Of a DNA stretch of 64,000 nucleotides, positions 8,826-18,800 are shown piece after piece. Source of the DNA: an uncultured Poribacteria bacterium (GTDB taxonomy: Bacteria > Poribacteria > WGA-4E > WGA-3G); contig OX638351.1 in assembly GCA_951813565.1 (NCBI GenBank), positions 4,128,001 to 4,192,000 on the forward strand. Reading direction: 5' to 3'. The notes under the pieces are model-generated. The model did not search any database, was not told the origin of the DNA, and saw only the letters and a program-made list of their open reading frames with translations. Positions within the stretch are counted from its first letter, which is position 1; each line of letters begins with the position of its first letter. Both the position numbers and the translations under genes were made by a program.

Positions 8826-11408
8826 CTATTTTCGTATGACCATGCGCCGTGTTGCAGTGAAGTTTCCAGCAGAAAGTGTATAAAAATAGATACCGCTCGC
8901 AACAGGTTCACCAAATTCATTTTTACCGTCCCAATGTGCTGCCTTATTTCGATTCTGATAGTTCCCGGCAGGCTGATTGCCTAATACCAATGCCCGAACC
9001 GACTGTCCATCAATAGAATAGATGCAAAGTGTGACATCTGCTGGGTTTGCCAACTGATAGGGTATCCACGTTTCAGGGTTAAACGGGTTCGGGTAGTTGG
9101 ATAAGAGCACTGTCTTTTCTGGAGTCAATACTGCTAAGAGTTGTTCAAGTACTGCAATGCCTTTCTGAAATGTTGGTGTATTGCTGTTAACTTGCCACGC
9201 GTGCGTTAACCAATGTTGTACTTCATCAGCAGTGAGCAATTCTATAGATTTCGATGCCACTGACGGAGCACCATTCTCATTAGCAAGCGCAGCAGCAACT
9301 AATAAGATATCCGCTATATTGATAACACCATCCCCGTTGACATCGGCAGCATTATCATCTCCCGACTGCCCAAATTGTGATGCAACAAAAATAAGGTCTT
9401 GCAAATCTACACTACCATCACGGTTCGCATCCTCAGCGAGTTGTTGTATTTCATTTTCAGTGCCTAACAACGAAGTATAATCCCATATAAGAACCGTTCC
9501 GTCCCTACTGCCACTTATAAGTGTTCTGCCATCAGGACTAAAGATTGCCTTGGATACACCATACGTGTGATCTGTGATGATTTTTTTCTGTTCACCAGTA
9601 GCAACATCCCAAATTTGTAAAGTTGAATCGCGCCAATTGCCACAACTTACGAGTGTCTTACCATCAATACTGAATGTAAGTTTATGTATCCCTTCGATGT
9701 GGTTAGTATGGATTACACTCGGATTACCAGTCGTAACATCCCATAGAATAATCGTGTTATCTTCACTTCCACTGGCGACTATTCTTTCATCAGAGTTAAA
9801 TGCCACACATTTTACCTTATTTGTATGTCCAGTGAAAGTTGCTATATTTGATCGGGAGGTAAAATCCCAAAAACGTACTGTACCATCATAACTTCCACTA
9901 ACAAGGGTGCGGCTATCACGACTAAAAACAATTGATGTCACCTCATCTGTATGCCCTATAAGCGCGTCAATATAGGTGCGCCCCATATACCATAAATGTA
10001 TTGTTTTGTCACTATGTCCTGCAGCGATGAATTGACCGTCTGGGCTGAAAGCAAGGGAATTATAACCTCCTGATAAGGCCGACGTGTTTTTTTGTCCATG
10101 ACCATACCACTTATAAATGGTATTAATTGGGGTGGTACTGGAAACGTCCCAAAGATGAATTGCCCCAAAATCCAAACTTGCAAACGTGTTGCCATCCGGA
10201 CTGAAAACTAAATCATAATGATTTGAGTGCCTTCCTCGTCCATATATAAACTTTTTGTATTCGCCTGTGATAGGATTCCACAGGTGGATATTATCCCAAC
10301 TCGAAGTGGCGAGGAGATTACCATTTGGACTGATTGTTATTCCTGCAACGCCTATTGTATGTCCAGTAATAGACAATTTGCGCGTCCTACTTTCAACATC
10401 CCATAGATACAAATCTCCGCCTCCACCACTCGCGAGTGTTTTGCCATCAGGACTGAATGCGACATAACTGCCCCCCAGTTCTCCTCCGAATTCGGTTAAG
10501 TGTGTTCCTGTAGCAAGGTCCCATAGATGCAAACCTTTAAAACCGCCGGTTGCGAGCGTGTTCCCATCTGGACTTACAGCAATACTATTGAGCGATAGCG
10601 CATCAAATTCAATTATCTTCTTTCCAGTGTTAACATCCCACACCTGAATATCGTCGTACGTATCCCCACTTATGAGCGTGTTCCCATCTGGACTGAACAA
10701 AAGATAACTTATTCCTCGCGCATACTTGGACAAAGTGGTTTTGTGTGTAGCAGTGTTAACATCCCATAGTCTTAGGGTGCGATCCGAACTTGCACTTGCA
10801 AGCGTAGCACCATCCGGACTGAAGACAATATATCCTACCCATTTAGTATGTCCTTCAAGAGTCGCATTTTGCTCTCCAGTGGTAAGGTCCCAAAGATGAA
10901 TAACTTCGTCACTGGCACCAGCCAGCATCCGCCCATCTGTACTAAAAGCGATACGGTGAATATCCGCAGTATCTCCTTTTAGTATTACTTTAACCCTACC
11001 ATTTGTTAAGTCTCGCAATTGTACTGTATCGTCTGCTTCCCTGCTAACATACATGCTGACATCCGGACTCACTCCCAATATGTTACCTGGATTCACTGCA
11101 ATTAAATCCAGTTCAACACCCGTGTGTGCATCATAGATCCAAAAACCTATACTACTTTTAACAATTACCCGATTCCCATCGGGTGAAAACGTGATATTAC
11201 CGACACTTCCCTTGCCAAGACGTAATTTAGCCCCTTCAGGCAAATCCCATCGGGTATAGTCTTGCGCAAAAGTGTTCTGTAGGAATAGGGTTGAAAGCAC
11301 TAAGAGCAATAAAATTGGATTTTTTATCTGAAATTCAAAAAGGTGTTTGTGACGTAAATTATTTTTCACGCTTTTTGTATGAGTATTTTGGGATTCAATA
11401 GCTCTCAT
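8826..11408 (-). CDS. Secreted WD40-repeat protein with dockerin-like domain and FlgD/T9SS-like tail
   Basis: Same architecture as 6263-8815; DANRDGSVDLQDL, DVNGDGVINIADI, NYPNPFNPETW. Confidence 0.9.
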   Translation of the reverse strand: MRAIESQNTHTKSVKNNLRHKHLFEFQIKNPILLLLVLSTLFLQNTFAQDYTRWDLPEGAKLRLGKGSVGNITFSPDGNRVIVKSSIGFWIYDAHTGVELDLIAVNPGNILGVSPDVSMYVSREADDTVQLRDLTNGRVKVILKGDTADIHRIAFSTDGRMLAGASDEVIHLWDLTTGEQNATLEGHTKWVGYIVFSPDGATLASASSDRTLRLWDVNTATHKTTLSKYARGISYLLFSPDGNTLISGDTYDDIQVWDVNTGKKIIEFDALSLNSIAVSPDGNTLATGGFKGLHLWDLATGTHLTEFGGELGGSYVAFSPDGKTLASGGGGDLYLWDVESRTRKLSITGHTIGVAGITISPNGNLLATSSWDNIHLWNPITGEYKKFIYGRGRHSNHYDLVFSPDGNTFASLDFGAIHLWDVSSTTPINTIYKWYGHGQKNTSALSGGYNSLAFSPDGQFIAAGHSDKTIHLWYMGRTYIDALIGHTDEVTSIVFSRDSRTLVSGSYDGTVRFWDFTSRSNIATFTGHTNKVKCVAFNSDERIVASGSEDNTIILWDVTTGNPSVIHTNHIEGIHKLTFSIDGKTLVSCGNWRDSTLQIWDVATGEQKKIITDHTYGVSKAIFSPDGRTLISGSRDGTVLIWDYTSLLGTENEIQQLAEDANRDGSVDLQDLIFVASQFGQSGDDNAADVNGDGVINIADILLVAAALANENGAPSVASKSIELLTADEVQHWLTHAWQVNSNTPTFQKGIAVLEQLLAVLTPEKTVLLSNYPNPFNPETWIPYQLANPADVTLCIYSIDGQSVRALVLGNQPAGNYQNRNKAAHWDGKNEFGEPVASGIYFYTLSAGNFTATRRMVIRK

Positions 11409-11460
11409 AGGTTTGCGTTCCTATTTGATTCGGTTCTTTTCAACAACTGTAATAGCAATT

Positions 11461-11477
11461 AGCAAATCTGATGCCAG
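11461..11477 (-). promoter_or_regulatory. sigma54 (-24/-12) promoter for the 8826-11408 gene
   Basis: Minus strand CTGGCATCAGATTTGCT = GG-N10-GC, ~50 bp upstream of the start. Confidence 0.75.
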
Positions 11478-11644
11478 TTTTGAGTTATTGTTGAAAGTAC
11501 AAATAGGTTTCGTTTAGCAGGAATTTTTTAGCATTGATGGGCGGTTATATCGTCAAAAAGCAACATCATTGCCCATAATTTGAACATTTACAGCCATTAT
11601 AGTTCAAAGGCAAGGTTAGGGTGTTCCGTGTCAAGAGGGTAGCC

Positions 11645-11690
11645 TGCACGAAAACGGGCAATTATGGTGCATGTTGCACGATATAGTGCA
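11645..11690. promoter_or_regulatory. Tandem palindromic enhancer-like sites
   Basis: TGCAC-N6-GGGCA (11645-11660) and TGCAC-N6-GTGCA (11675-11690), 30 bp apart; same layout at 53933-53978. Confidence 0.65.
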
Positions 11691-12057
11691 TTTGTGGAAA
11701 GAAGATTAGATTGTGTGGCTCATGTAAAGAATGAGTGCTAATCAAAAGGTTTAACCCGCGTGGCCATTGCCTTCATTAAAAACAACCGCACACACTTTTT
11801 ACATGAGCGGATTGTGTTATATTGAAAGTTGAAGATATGTGAACACCCTATGATAGACGCGGTTTCAAACCGTGCCTATTACAGGGTGTAAATGATTATA
11901 CGTTTTCTATAATGGATATGTGTTAAGACAGTGGAAAAATGGGCGCAGTAAAAGAGTGTAAGAAAAGAAATCAGTACGCGGACGTAAGGTAAGTCTGCGA
12001 GTTACATCTCACAATTATAGATGAACGCTGACATTGTCCCTATGCTGCGCAAACTGC

Positions 12058-14946
12058 CTATTTCAAAATAACCATTTTGCGCAGGAGCGACATATTGTCC
12101 GCCTGCAGTTGATAGAAATAGAGACCGCTGGCAACTTTTTCCCCAACATCGTTTTTACCATTCCAAAAAGCTGCGCGACTCCGATGCTGATAAAGTCCGG
12201 CAGCCTGTTGTCCCAAAAGTAGGGTCCGTATCAACTGTCCATCGGCAGAATAGATGCGGATTGTCACATTGGCGGATTCTGCCAACTGATACGGTATCCA
12301 AGTTTCCGGGTTGAAGGGATTTGGATAGTTTGGAAGAAGGGCAGTTTCTTGCGGAGTCAGTGCTGCCAGTAGTTGTTCCAAAACCAAGATGCCGCGTTGG
12401 AAAGCAGGATCGGAATGTGCAAGTTGTTTAGCATCCCGCAACCACTGTTGCACCTCTGTTTTTGTCGGAGCGTTTTCAAGGTCGTAACTCCAGATTGCCG
12501 GCGCAGCACTTGAAGAACTTGTCATAGCAGCTGCAACCAACGTAAGGTCTACGATATTGACAATTCCATCACCGTTCACGTCCGCAAGGTTTTCACCCAC
12601 CTGTGTAAAATTAGATGCGACTAAAGTCAAATCTTGTATATTTACAACGCCGTCTCCATTCAGATCCTCTTGCTGGCGTACAGGTTCCGCTACCTGTCCG
12701 GTCCTAACGCGCGCATAATAAACGTTACCAGTGCTATCAGTCAATCGCACATTAGACACAGTTAGTTTAGATGCCTTAGGCGCAAGAACTTCAAAGGTGA
12801 TGTTTGCCAACGTTCCCATCCCAAATCCTTCTCCAGCAAGAGATGTTGCAGCGAGCGTAACAGTGTTTTCCGTAATAATTGGCTGCACGGAAAATGCCCC
12901 CATTGGTAAAAAATTAGCATTTGCACTTTCGACATAACGGAGCGCTGAGGCATCATACCTAATAGTTGCCTGATATCCGGCTACGCTACCAGCGTCTTCA
13001 ATATTAAGTGAGAACGTAAGCTGCCCATCTATAGCAGGAGACTGCAGAGAAGGTGGAGATAGACTTACAGTCGCATAAGTGTTGGTTGGGGGTGTAAAAT
13101 TCCATAGGAGCGTTGTGCCATCTGAGCTGCTACTGGCAAGCGTCCTTGCATCCGGACTGAACGCTATGTCAAGGATGCCGCCTGTATGCCCAGAAAACGT
13201 TTGTATATGCTGACCAGATACCGTATCCCATAAACGGATAGTACGATCGCCGCCAGCACTGGCAAGTGTTTCACCATCGTTACTAAAAGCGACGCTCCAG
13301 ACTAAATCCGTATGTTCAGTAAAATTCTGGAGTTCTACGCCAAAGACAATATCCCATATTCGGACAGTATTATCGTCACTACCGCTGGCAAGCATGTCGC
13401 CATTTGGACTAAAAGCGACGCTCCTCACGAAATCCGTATGCCCAATAAGTGTTTGCTGGGGTTCACCGGAAGCGGTATCCCATAATATGATAGTGTCATC
13501 TGCGCTACCACTTGCAATCGTCTCTCCATCTTCACTGAAAGCAACGCTTAGTACCGCATTTGTGTGTTCATCGAATGTTCTCAGTTCTTCTGCAAGAGCA
13601 GTATCCCATAATTTGATAGTACCGTCTTCACTACCGCTCACAATCTTGGACCCGTCAGGACTGAAGGCAATGCTCCAAACCCAATCTTCGTGTCCAATAA
13701 GCGTGTCAATGTGTTCACCGGTAAAGGCATTCCATAACCGGATAGTCCCATCGTCACTACCACTTGCCAGTGTGTTTCCATCAGGACTGAAGGCAATGCT
13801 CCATATCCAATCCTCATGTCCTATTAACATCTGTTGGTGTTGCCCTGTGGTAGCATCCCATAGATTAATCGTATTATCTGCACCACCTGTTGCTACTACG
13901 TTTCCATTAATGTTGAAGCCAACACTTAAAATATAATTTGTATATCCAGTAAGTACCTGTCGCTGTCCTCCAAAGACAGGATCCCACAACCGAACAGTCC
14001 CATCGGCACTGCCACTTGCAAGCGTTCCTCCACTTGAATTGAACGCTACACTTAAAACAACATTTGTATGTCCAGGGAGTTCCTGCTGAGGTTGCCCAGT
14101 AACAGCATCCCACAAAAGGATAGTCCCATCGGCACTGCCACTTGCAAGCGTATTTCCATTTGGACTATATGCCACACTATAGACGGTACCCAGATGTCCG
14201 GGTAGAGTCTGCTTTGATACACCGAAGGCAGTATACCAAAGTCTTACAGTACCATCTCGACTGCCACTTGCGAGTGTTCCTTCATTTGGACTGAACGCTA
14301 CACTGTAAACAGAATCTTCATGCCCGGTCAGGATGTGTTGTTGTTCACCAGTTGCAACATCCCACAGTTGGACAGACCCGTCTAAACTGCCACTTGCGAG
14401 CGTTTCTCCACTCGTACTAAAAGCAACGCTCGTAACAGCATCAAAATGTCCGGGAAGTGTCTGCAGATTTTCACGAGTAATATAATTCCAAAGTTGGATT
14501 GTGCTGCCACCATGGCCACTGGCAAGTGTTTGACCATCTGAACTAAATGCCAAACTCAAGACTACGTCTGTGGGGCCTGTAAGATCCTCTTGATGTTCGC
14601 CAGTTGTTGCATTCCAGAGTTTAATTGTTCCATCATCATGGCCACTGGCAAGTGTCTGACCATCCGAACTAAATGCAGCACAGTAAACAGTCTGTGTATC
14701 TTCAGTGAGCAATCTTATTTCTTCATAGGTTTGTGCATTATAGAGCCAAATACCGATGGAACTGACTACCGCCAAACGTGTGCCATCTCGCGAATATGTA
14801 AGCTCAGCTATCCTTCCCTTTCCGAGACGCGCTTTCGCGTTGTCGGGTAAACTAAATTGTGAGGCGGTTTGAGCAAAGGTTTCGGTAAGAAAAAATGACA
14901 AAACAAGAAGTTGGGTAAAAAAAATAAAAAATAACGTCTTTTTCAT
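12058..14946 (-). CDS. Secreted WD40-repeat protein with cohesin-like, dockerin-like and FlgD/T9SS-like domains
   Basis: Likely start MKKTLFF at 14946 after AGGAGA; about 13-14 WD40 repeats; cohesin-like VAGYQATIRYD...GTLANITFEV; DLNGDGVVNIQDL; NYPNPFNPETW. Confidence 0.9.
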   Translation of the reverse strand: MKKTLFFIFFTQLLVLSFFLTETFAQTASQFSLPDNAKARLGKGRIAELTYSRDGTRLAVVSSIGIWLYNAQTYEEIRLLTEDTQTVYCAAFSSDGQTLASGHDDGTIKLWNATTGEHQEDLTGPTDVVLSLAFSSDGQTLASGHGGSTIQLWNYITRENLQTLPGHFDAVTSVAFSTSGETLASGSLDGSVQLWDVATGEQQHILTGHEDSVYSVAFSPNEGTLASGSRDGTVRLWYTAFGVSKQTLPGHLGTVYSVAYSPNGNTLASGSADGTILLWDAVTGQPQQELPGHTNVVLSVAFNSSGGTLASGSADGTVRLWDPVFGGQRQVLTGYTNYILSVGFNINGNVVATGGADNTINLWDATTGQHQQMLIGHEDWIWSIAFSPDGNTLASGSDDGTIRLWNAFTGEHIDTLIGHEDWVWSIAFSPDGSKIVSGSEDGTIKLWDTALAEELRTFDEHTNAVLSVAFSEDGETIASGSADDTIILWDTASGEPQQTLIGHTDFVRSVAFSPNGDMLASGSDDNTVRIWDIVFGVELQNFTEHTDLVWSVAFSNDGETLASAGGDRTIRLWDTVSGQHIQTFSGHTGGILDIAFSPDARTLASSSSDGTTLLWNFTPPTNTYATVSLSPPSLQSPAIDGQLTFSLNIEDAGSVAGYQATIRYDASALRYVESANANFLPMGAFSVQPIITENTVTLAATSLAGEGFGMGTLANITFEVLAPKASKLTVSNVRLTDSTGNVYYARVRTGQVAEPVRQQEDLNGDGVVNIQDLTLVASNFTQVGENLADVNGDGIVNIVDLTLVAAAMTSSSSAAPAIWSYDLENAPTKTEVQQWLRDAKQLAHSDPAFQRGILVLEQLLAALTPQETALLPNYPNPFNPETWIPYQLAESANVTIRIYSADGQLIRTLLLGQQAAGLYQHRSRAAFWNGKNDVGEKVASGLYFYQLQADNMSLLRKMVILK

Positions 14947-15100
14947 TGTAGTATTCTCCTTTTGAAGGTAATTGGCTGCTATATGTTGCATGCAAACAAT
15001 TTGATTGATGTCTTTTTCTAAAGTATACCACAAAGACGGTGAGAATGCAATTTTACGTGGGAATGGGTGTAGGTTAGAATATTGGTAGGCATCAAATTAC

Positions 15101-15292
15101 TACAGTCTATCTCATAAATTGTTAAATACGGTTCCTTACACAGGATCTACATTCATCGTAGGGGCGGGTCCCCGGTGAATGCCAAAAGGCATTCGGACCG
15201 TTGATTTGGTGCCCGCCCATTGTTTACACTTATGAGAGAGATGGCGAGGCACAGAGACCTCGCCCTACAAATGATTTATGAGATACGCTCTA
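15101..15292. mobile_element. MITE with TA-bounded imperfect TIRs carrying an inverted GTAG-REP pair
   Basis: TACAGTCTATCTCATAAAT...ATTTATGAGATACGCTCTA; near-identical copy at 49906-50484, same ends at 59097-59277. Confidence 0.75.
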
Positions 15293-15337
15293 ATGCTTTG
15301 GCTGCTTGATTTTGGTTTTTGTCAGTGTGATAAGAGT

Positions 15338-16237
15338 TTATGACCAGACAAACACTTCGTTATCATCTGGGGAATATCCGATGAATACAGCCAAAACAAT
15401 TCTTGCACGTGTGCCCTGAACAGCTGGTACTTCGTGGATGCAACGGGTGTTGAAAAAGTATAGGTCCCCTTGTTCCAAATTGACCTGACAGTTTTCTATT
15501 CTGTTCTCGGCTGCGTAGCTATCAAACGTTTCTGCTGCAATATGTGGTTGAACGTCTTCAGACCAAAGGCATCGGTGTAGGATAGCTTGTGTTCCTTTTC
15601 CGGTTGCATCCGCATTTTGCACACACAACACACCTGCAAACTGATGTTCAAAGCGATAAACAGCGTAATCGGCCCGTTGTTCACGATATTTGACACTGTC
15701 AATGTGCGGTTTATAACTATGTGTTTCGTAGTGAACGCGGAAGATAGCTGGACCATAAAGTGACCCGTCAGGTTCACGCGCGACTTTAACCTCTTTTCCG
15801 GGAGAAAGCGCAGCAAGAGTGTCATAAATCAAGTCAACAGGGTTTTTGAAGCCATCAAATAAGAATTGAAATAGATGATGCGTTGCTTCAGCATGTGCTA
15901 AAAAACGGGTTTTTTCGCTACCACGATTACCAAGACTCGTGCCGATGTCGATACGGGTACGTTTGTCGGCAGAGTTGATGTCCGCTTCGTCTCGCATCAG
16001 TCCCATGTTGGTGAATCTATTGATGAGTCCATGACATTGTGCGGGGGAATAGGCATTACGTAAAATAATGGCAGGTATTTCCGCTTGTGATAGCGAATAG
16101 ATCGGGTCCTTATATTTTTCGCAAACCGCTTTGAGATTAGGCTCTGCTGGAAGCCAATTTGTGTTATTTTGCATAAGATACTCACTTTGTAAATCCGCGT
16201 GATTCACTTCATTTGCGGTGATCAGCGATATAGACAA
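15338..16237 (-). CDS. Fe(II)/2-oxoglutarate-dependent oxygenase-like protein
   Basis: H-x-D (PHID), GDLYFFN..CIHEV, distal Arg; true start uncertain. Confidence 0.7.
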   Translation of the reverse strand: MSISLITANEVNHADLQSEYLMQNNTNWLPAEPNLKAVCEKYKDPIYSLSQAEIPAIILRNAYSPAQCHGLINRFTNMGLMRDEADINSADKRTRIDIGTSLGNRGSEKTRFLAHAEATHHLFQFLFDGFKNPVDLIYDTLAALSPGKEVKVAREPDGSLYGPAIFRVHYETHSYKPHIDSVKYREQRADYAVYRFEHQFAGVLCVQNADATGKGTQAILHRCLWSEDVQPHIAAETFDSYAAENRIENCQVNLEQGDLYFFNTRCIHEVPAVQGTRARIVLAVFIGYSPDDNEVFVWS

Positions 16238-16251
16238 TTTTATGCAGCGAT

Positions 16252-17079
16252 TTAGAATTTCGGATTGAAAAGGTAATCATCCATTTTCTCATTTACGAAT
16301 TCTGCATTATGGTCAAGTTCGCTATTTTCAAAAGCGGCTTCACATCCGGTTTGGTACTTCAGTCGTCTGCCAGAACGGAGCCAACGGATACGGTGGATCA
16401 TCGCTATCATGTGGCGTGGTTCATCGGATAGGTTTGGGACGCCGCGGTGCCAGAGCCGCATGTCTCGAATCAACACGCTTCCCTTTTTCGCATTCCCACG
16501 GATAGGCGGCGCGATTTCACGTCGTTCTGCCTCATGTTCTTCGTCTATGTGTCGATCACTGACATCCAGATGCGATCCGGGCCAGAGTTCTACACTGCCG
16601 TTCTCTTCTGTTGTATCCTGAGGTGAGATATTCACAACCACTTCAGCTGCTGGGTGTGCAACTTGCTGATTTAACCAGAGATGATCACCGTCTCTGTGGA
16701 GCGGTTGCGTGCCGCTACCAGGACAGTTGGTGTTGCCGTTATAGAAATTATTGTAGACCCCAGCACCGAGCAGTTCCTGTGTTATCTGCACGACGTAAGG
16801 ATTGGCAACGATGTCGCTAAAAATATATGGCGCAAACGGTGGCGGTCCCTGCTGAAGATGTCCCTTGAGCATTCCTGCACCACCCCATTTTCCTGCCTTA
16901 ATCAACTTTTGCGAATCAGCATCCATCCGTTCGCGAAGAATATCCAAATGTTTATGGTTAACAATGTTTTCTATGACGACACATCCATCAACACGGATAG
17001 CTTCAATCGCTTTTTTGAGGTGCGTTTCTGAGAACTTGCCTGCGGTTAATTCTTTAGGTTGAGCTTTTACCACTACCAT
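16252..17079 (-). CDS. Phytanoyl-CoA dioxygenase (PhyH) family protein
   Basis: QPLHRD, ENGSVELWPGSH, RDMRLWHRG..N. Confidence 0.9.
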   Translation of the reverse strand: MVVVKAQPKELTAGKFSETHLKKAIEAIRVDGCVVIENIVNHKHLDILRERMDADSQKLIKAGKWGGAGMLKGHLQQGPPPFAPYIFSDIVANPYVVQITQELLGAGVYNNFYNGNTNCPGSGTQPLHRDGDHLWLNQQVAHPAAEVVVNISPQDTTEENGSVELWPGSHLDVSDRHIDEEHEAERREIAPPIRGNAKKGSVLIRDMRLWHRGVPNLSDEPRHMIAMIHRIRWLRSGRRLKYQTGCEAAFENSELDHNAEFVNEKMDDYLFNPKF

Positions 17080-18427
17080 TGAAAAATTCCTTGTAGAGTG
17101 CTTGAACTGCAGTGTCCATATCCGTTGACTTTACACCGAACATCATGCTGACTTCATTTGAACCTTGGTTGATCATCTCTATATTGACTTTTGCGCCTGC
17201 TAACGCCCCTGTTGCTCGTGAAGCAATGCCAACAGTATGCCGCATACCTTCACCGACAACCATGATGAGAGATAACTCGCGTTCTACAAAAACATCTTCT
17301 GGCGCAAGCGTTTGCCGAATCTTTTCCACAACCCTTTTCTCTTTGTCCGCAGGTAAGTTTTCTTCGCGAAGGATGACAGACATGTTGTCTATGCCAGAGG
17401 GGATATGTTCAAAAGAGATGTTTTCGCCTTCCAAAATCTGTAGCAGCCGTCTGCCGAATCCGATTTGCCGATTCATTAGATATTTGCTAAGGTAGACACA
17501 ACAAACATTGCTCATCGCAGCAATCCCAACAACAGGCATTTCCGTTGAAGTACGATGTGGAACAATCAGGGTGCCGGATGCTTTTGGGTTATTGGTATTT
17601 CGGATGTGGACTGGTACCATTGCACGATATACGGGTTCAAGTGCCTCATCGTGAAATACTGAGAAGCCGGCGTAAGAGAGTTCGCGCATCTCACGGTAGG
17701 TTAGTTCCGAAATTGGGACAGGATTTAATACTATTGACGGATTTGCAGCGAATACGGAGTCAACATCTGTGAAATTTTCGTAAACTTCTGCTCGAACCGC
17801 ACTGGCAAGAATCGCACCTGTAATATCTGAACCGCCGCGAGAGAAGGTAACAATGTGATCTTCTTTGGAATAACCGAAAAATCCTGGAAAAATTGTAATG
17901 CCGGGACGTTCGCTTAGACTTCGCAAGCGACTGTATGCTTCGGGTAAAACCTGGGCATTGCCAGGTTCATCTGAGAGTAGTAAACCTGCATCTTTCGGAT
18001 TCACATAGTGTGCTTCTACGCCTCGCGCCTGCAGCACCTGTGCAATTAGACGAGCGCAATTGTCTTCTCCACCTGCTTTCATCGTATCCATATAGAGGTC
18101 AGCATCATCTGTGCTGTTTTCAAGACGTTGTGTTAAGTCGCGTGCAATAGGGTCAACGACCTCATCAGGGAGTTCCAATTCAGAAGCAATATTCCGATAA
18201 CGTTCAATAGTCTCAGCACATTCCGAAGCACCGATTTTTCCCATCAGCCGCTCCGATGCTGCTGCAATCAGCAGGTCGGTTACTTTTATATCTTCACTGT
18301 GACGTTTTCCGGGTGCTGATACGACAATTAACCTTCGTGCTGGGTCAGCTGTGATGATGTCACATACTTGGCGAACCTGCTCTGCTGTCGCGAGGGAACT
18401 CCCCCCAAACTTTGATACTTTTAACAA
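17054..18427 (-). CDS. lysC: Aspartate kinase
   Basis: KFGGSS, VVSAPGK, FSRGGSDITG, ENFTDVD, two C-terminal ACT domains. Confidence 0.95.
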   Translation of the reverse strand: MLKVSKFGGSSLATAEQVRQVCDIITADPARRLIVVSAPGKRHSEDIKVTDLLIAAASERLMGKIGASECAETIERYRNIASELELPDEVVDPIARDLTQRLENSTDDADLYMDTMKAGGEDNCARLIAQVLQARGVEAHYVNPKDAGLLLSDEPGNAQVLPEAYSRLRSLSERPGITIFPGFFGYSKEDHIVTFSRGGSDITGAILASAVRAEVYENFTDVDSVFAANPSIVLNPVPISELTYREMRELSYAGFSVFHDEALEPVYRAMVPVHIRNTNNPKASGTLIVPHRTSTEMPVVGIAAMSNVCCVYLSKYLMNRQIGFGRRLLQILEGENISFEHIPSGIDNMSVILREENLPADKEKRVVEKIRQTLAPEDVFVERELSLIMVVGEGMRHTVGIASRATGALAGAKVNIEMINQGSNEVSMMFGVKSTDMDTAVQALYKEFFNGSGKSST

Positions 18428-18510
18428 TCCATATCCTCCAATCCAATATTGTATGTTCAGGACAATTATATCACAGTTCTAATTTAAATGAAATAGATTC
18501 CAAATCAAGG

Positions 18511-18719
18511 TAGGGTTATTCAGTTTTCGAAATTTTTTTTACAAGTGTTTATTTTTTATGAAAAGCAGATATAGCGTGTTTTTTTACAACATATCTGCTA
18601 TAGTTCACCTTAAAACGACCTATTTTGAGGTGAATAATGACAAGAAGAAAATCTTGCCACTTAATAGAAACTCGCAGTTAACCTTATAAAATGAAAATTT
18701 ATAAAACTGAATAACCCTG
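18511..18719. mobile_element. ISAs1-type MITE
   Basis: TAGGGTTATTCAGTTTT...AAAACTGAATAACCCTG terminal inverted repeats. Confidence 0.7.
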
Positions 18720-18800
18720 ATACCAAAACAACTTGACACTTTCCTGCTTTGCATGGTATTTTTTAACATTCTAAACCTATTTTTTAGGCGAGGTGAAATC

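Noticed and set aside
13394..13936. Antisense ORFs over WD40 genes
   Set aside because: Shadows of repetitive codon patterns
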